Assembly (NCBI GenBank): GCA_030324005.1
Contig: JARDVH010000097.1
Span: forward strand, 19,314,694 to 19,378,693
Origin: Negaprion brevirostris
Taxonomy: Eukaryota
DNA: 64,000 nucleotides
Direction: 5' to 3'
The position numbers and the translations under genes are program-made. This document shows, in pieces, positions 63,501 through 64,000 of the stretch (position 1 is its first letter; every line of letters starts with the position of its first letter). A model generated the notes under the pieces. It saw only the letters and a list, made by a program, of their open reading frames with translations. It did not search any database and had not been told where the DNA came from.

Positions 63501-64000
63501 TTTCAGCATTTCCTGTTTTTATTTCAGATTCTCAGTATTTTTGGTATTTTGCATTTGTCAGTTGGCACATGCTCGTGTGTATCCAGCACTTGTAACCTTC
63601 TGTAATTCTAACTTTCCACCCAAGTGCCTGATAAGTTATAGAATGCTTTAGATATTAAAATAAAAGTAGTTGTAAAATTGTTCATTATAATTTTACACAG
63701 TCTAGTTCACTTAGTCAGAGATATAACCTCAGATTTGTCAATGCCCATTCTACGTGCCTTCGCAGATAATGTGTAACTTCATGTGCTGATGAATCCATAC
63801 GCTGCTGAATTTTACGACCTGTGACCTTCCTGAGTGCAATAATTCTGCACATTAGGCAATTGAGCATCCAATCTAATGTAATAGTCCCTTCAATGAAGTC
63901 CATTGTCAAAATTCATAATTTATGGACAATTTCCAATCCCAGCAAGATATTTATAAATGGATGGCAGTGAGGATTTATTTGCATTTGTATTATTCCTATG

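Overview
Eukaryotic, repeat-rich vertebrate DNA with many N gaps. The repeat content (V-SINE/HE1-type tRNA SINEs, CR1 LINEs, Rex1/Babar LINEs, Penelope-like elements, Harbinger remnants) points to a cartilaginous fish, probably a shark (inference). No intact protein-coding gene can be supported; the long ORFs run through N gaps, retroelement remnants or low-complexity DNA. The standout is a ~17 kb array at ~11.5-28.55 kb built from shuffled, tandemly amplified pieces of a decayed PIF/Harbinger transposon, with Myb/SANT-like pieces on + and DDE transposase pieces mostly on -. Its coding capacity is destroyed, yet several ~60-90 nt hairpins recur in many copies. By eye they show G-U-rich pairing on the + strand and compensatory substitutions between copies. 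One family occurs about 16 times with a near-invariant 3' arm, AATTTGCACTTTATTAAA. This looks like a candidate transposon-derived small-RNA (miRNA/siRNA/piRNA) cluster. Also seen: an apparently intact minimal Penelope-type hammerhead ribozyme, nested insertions, and weak minus-strand exon or pseudo-exon candidates, one of them CUB-like. All alignments and folds were done by eye, and coordinates are approximate.
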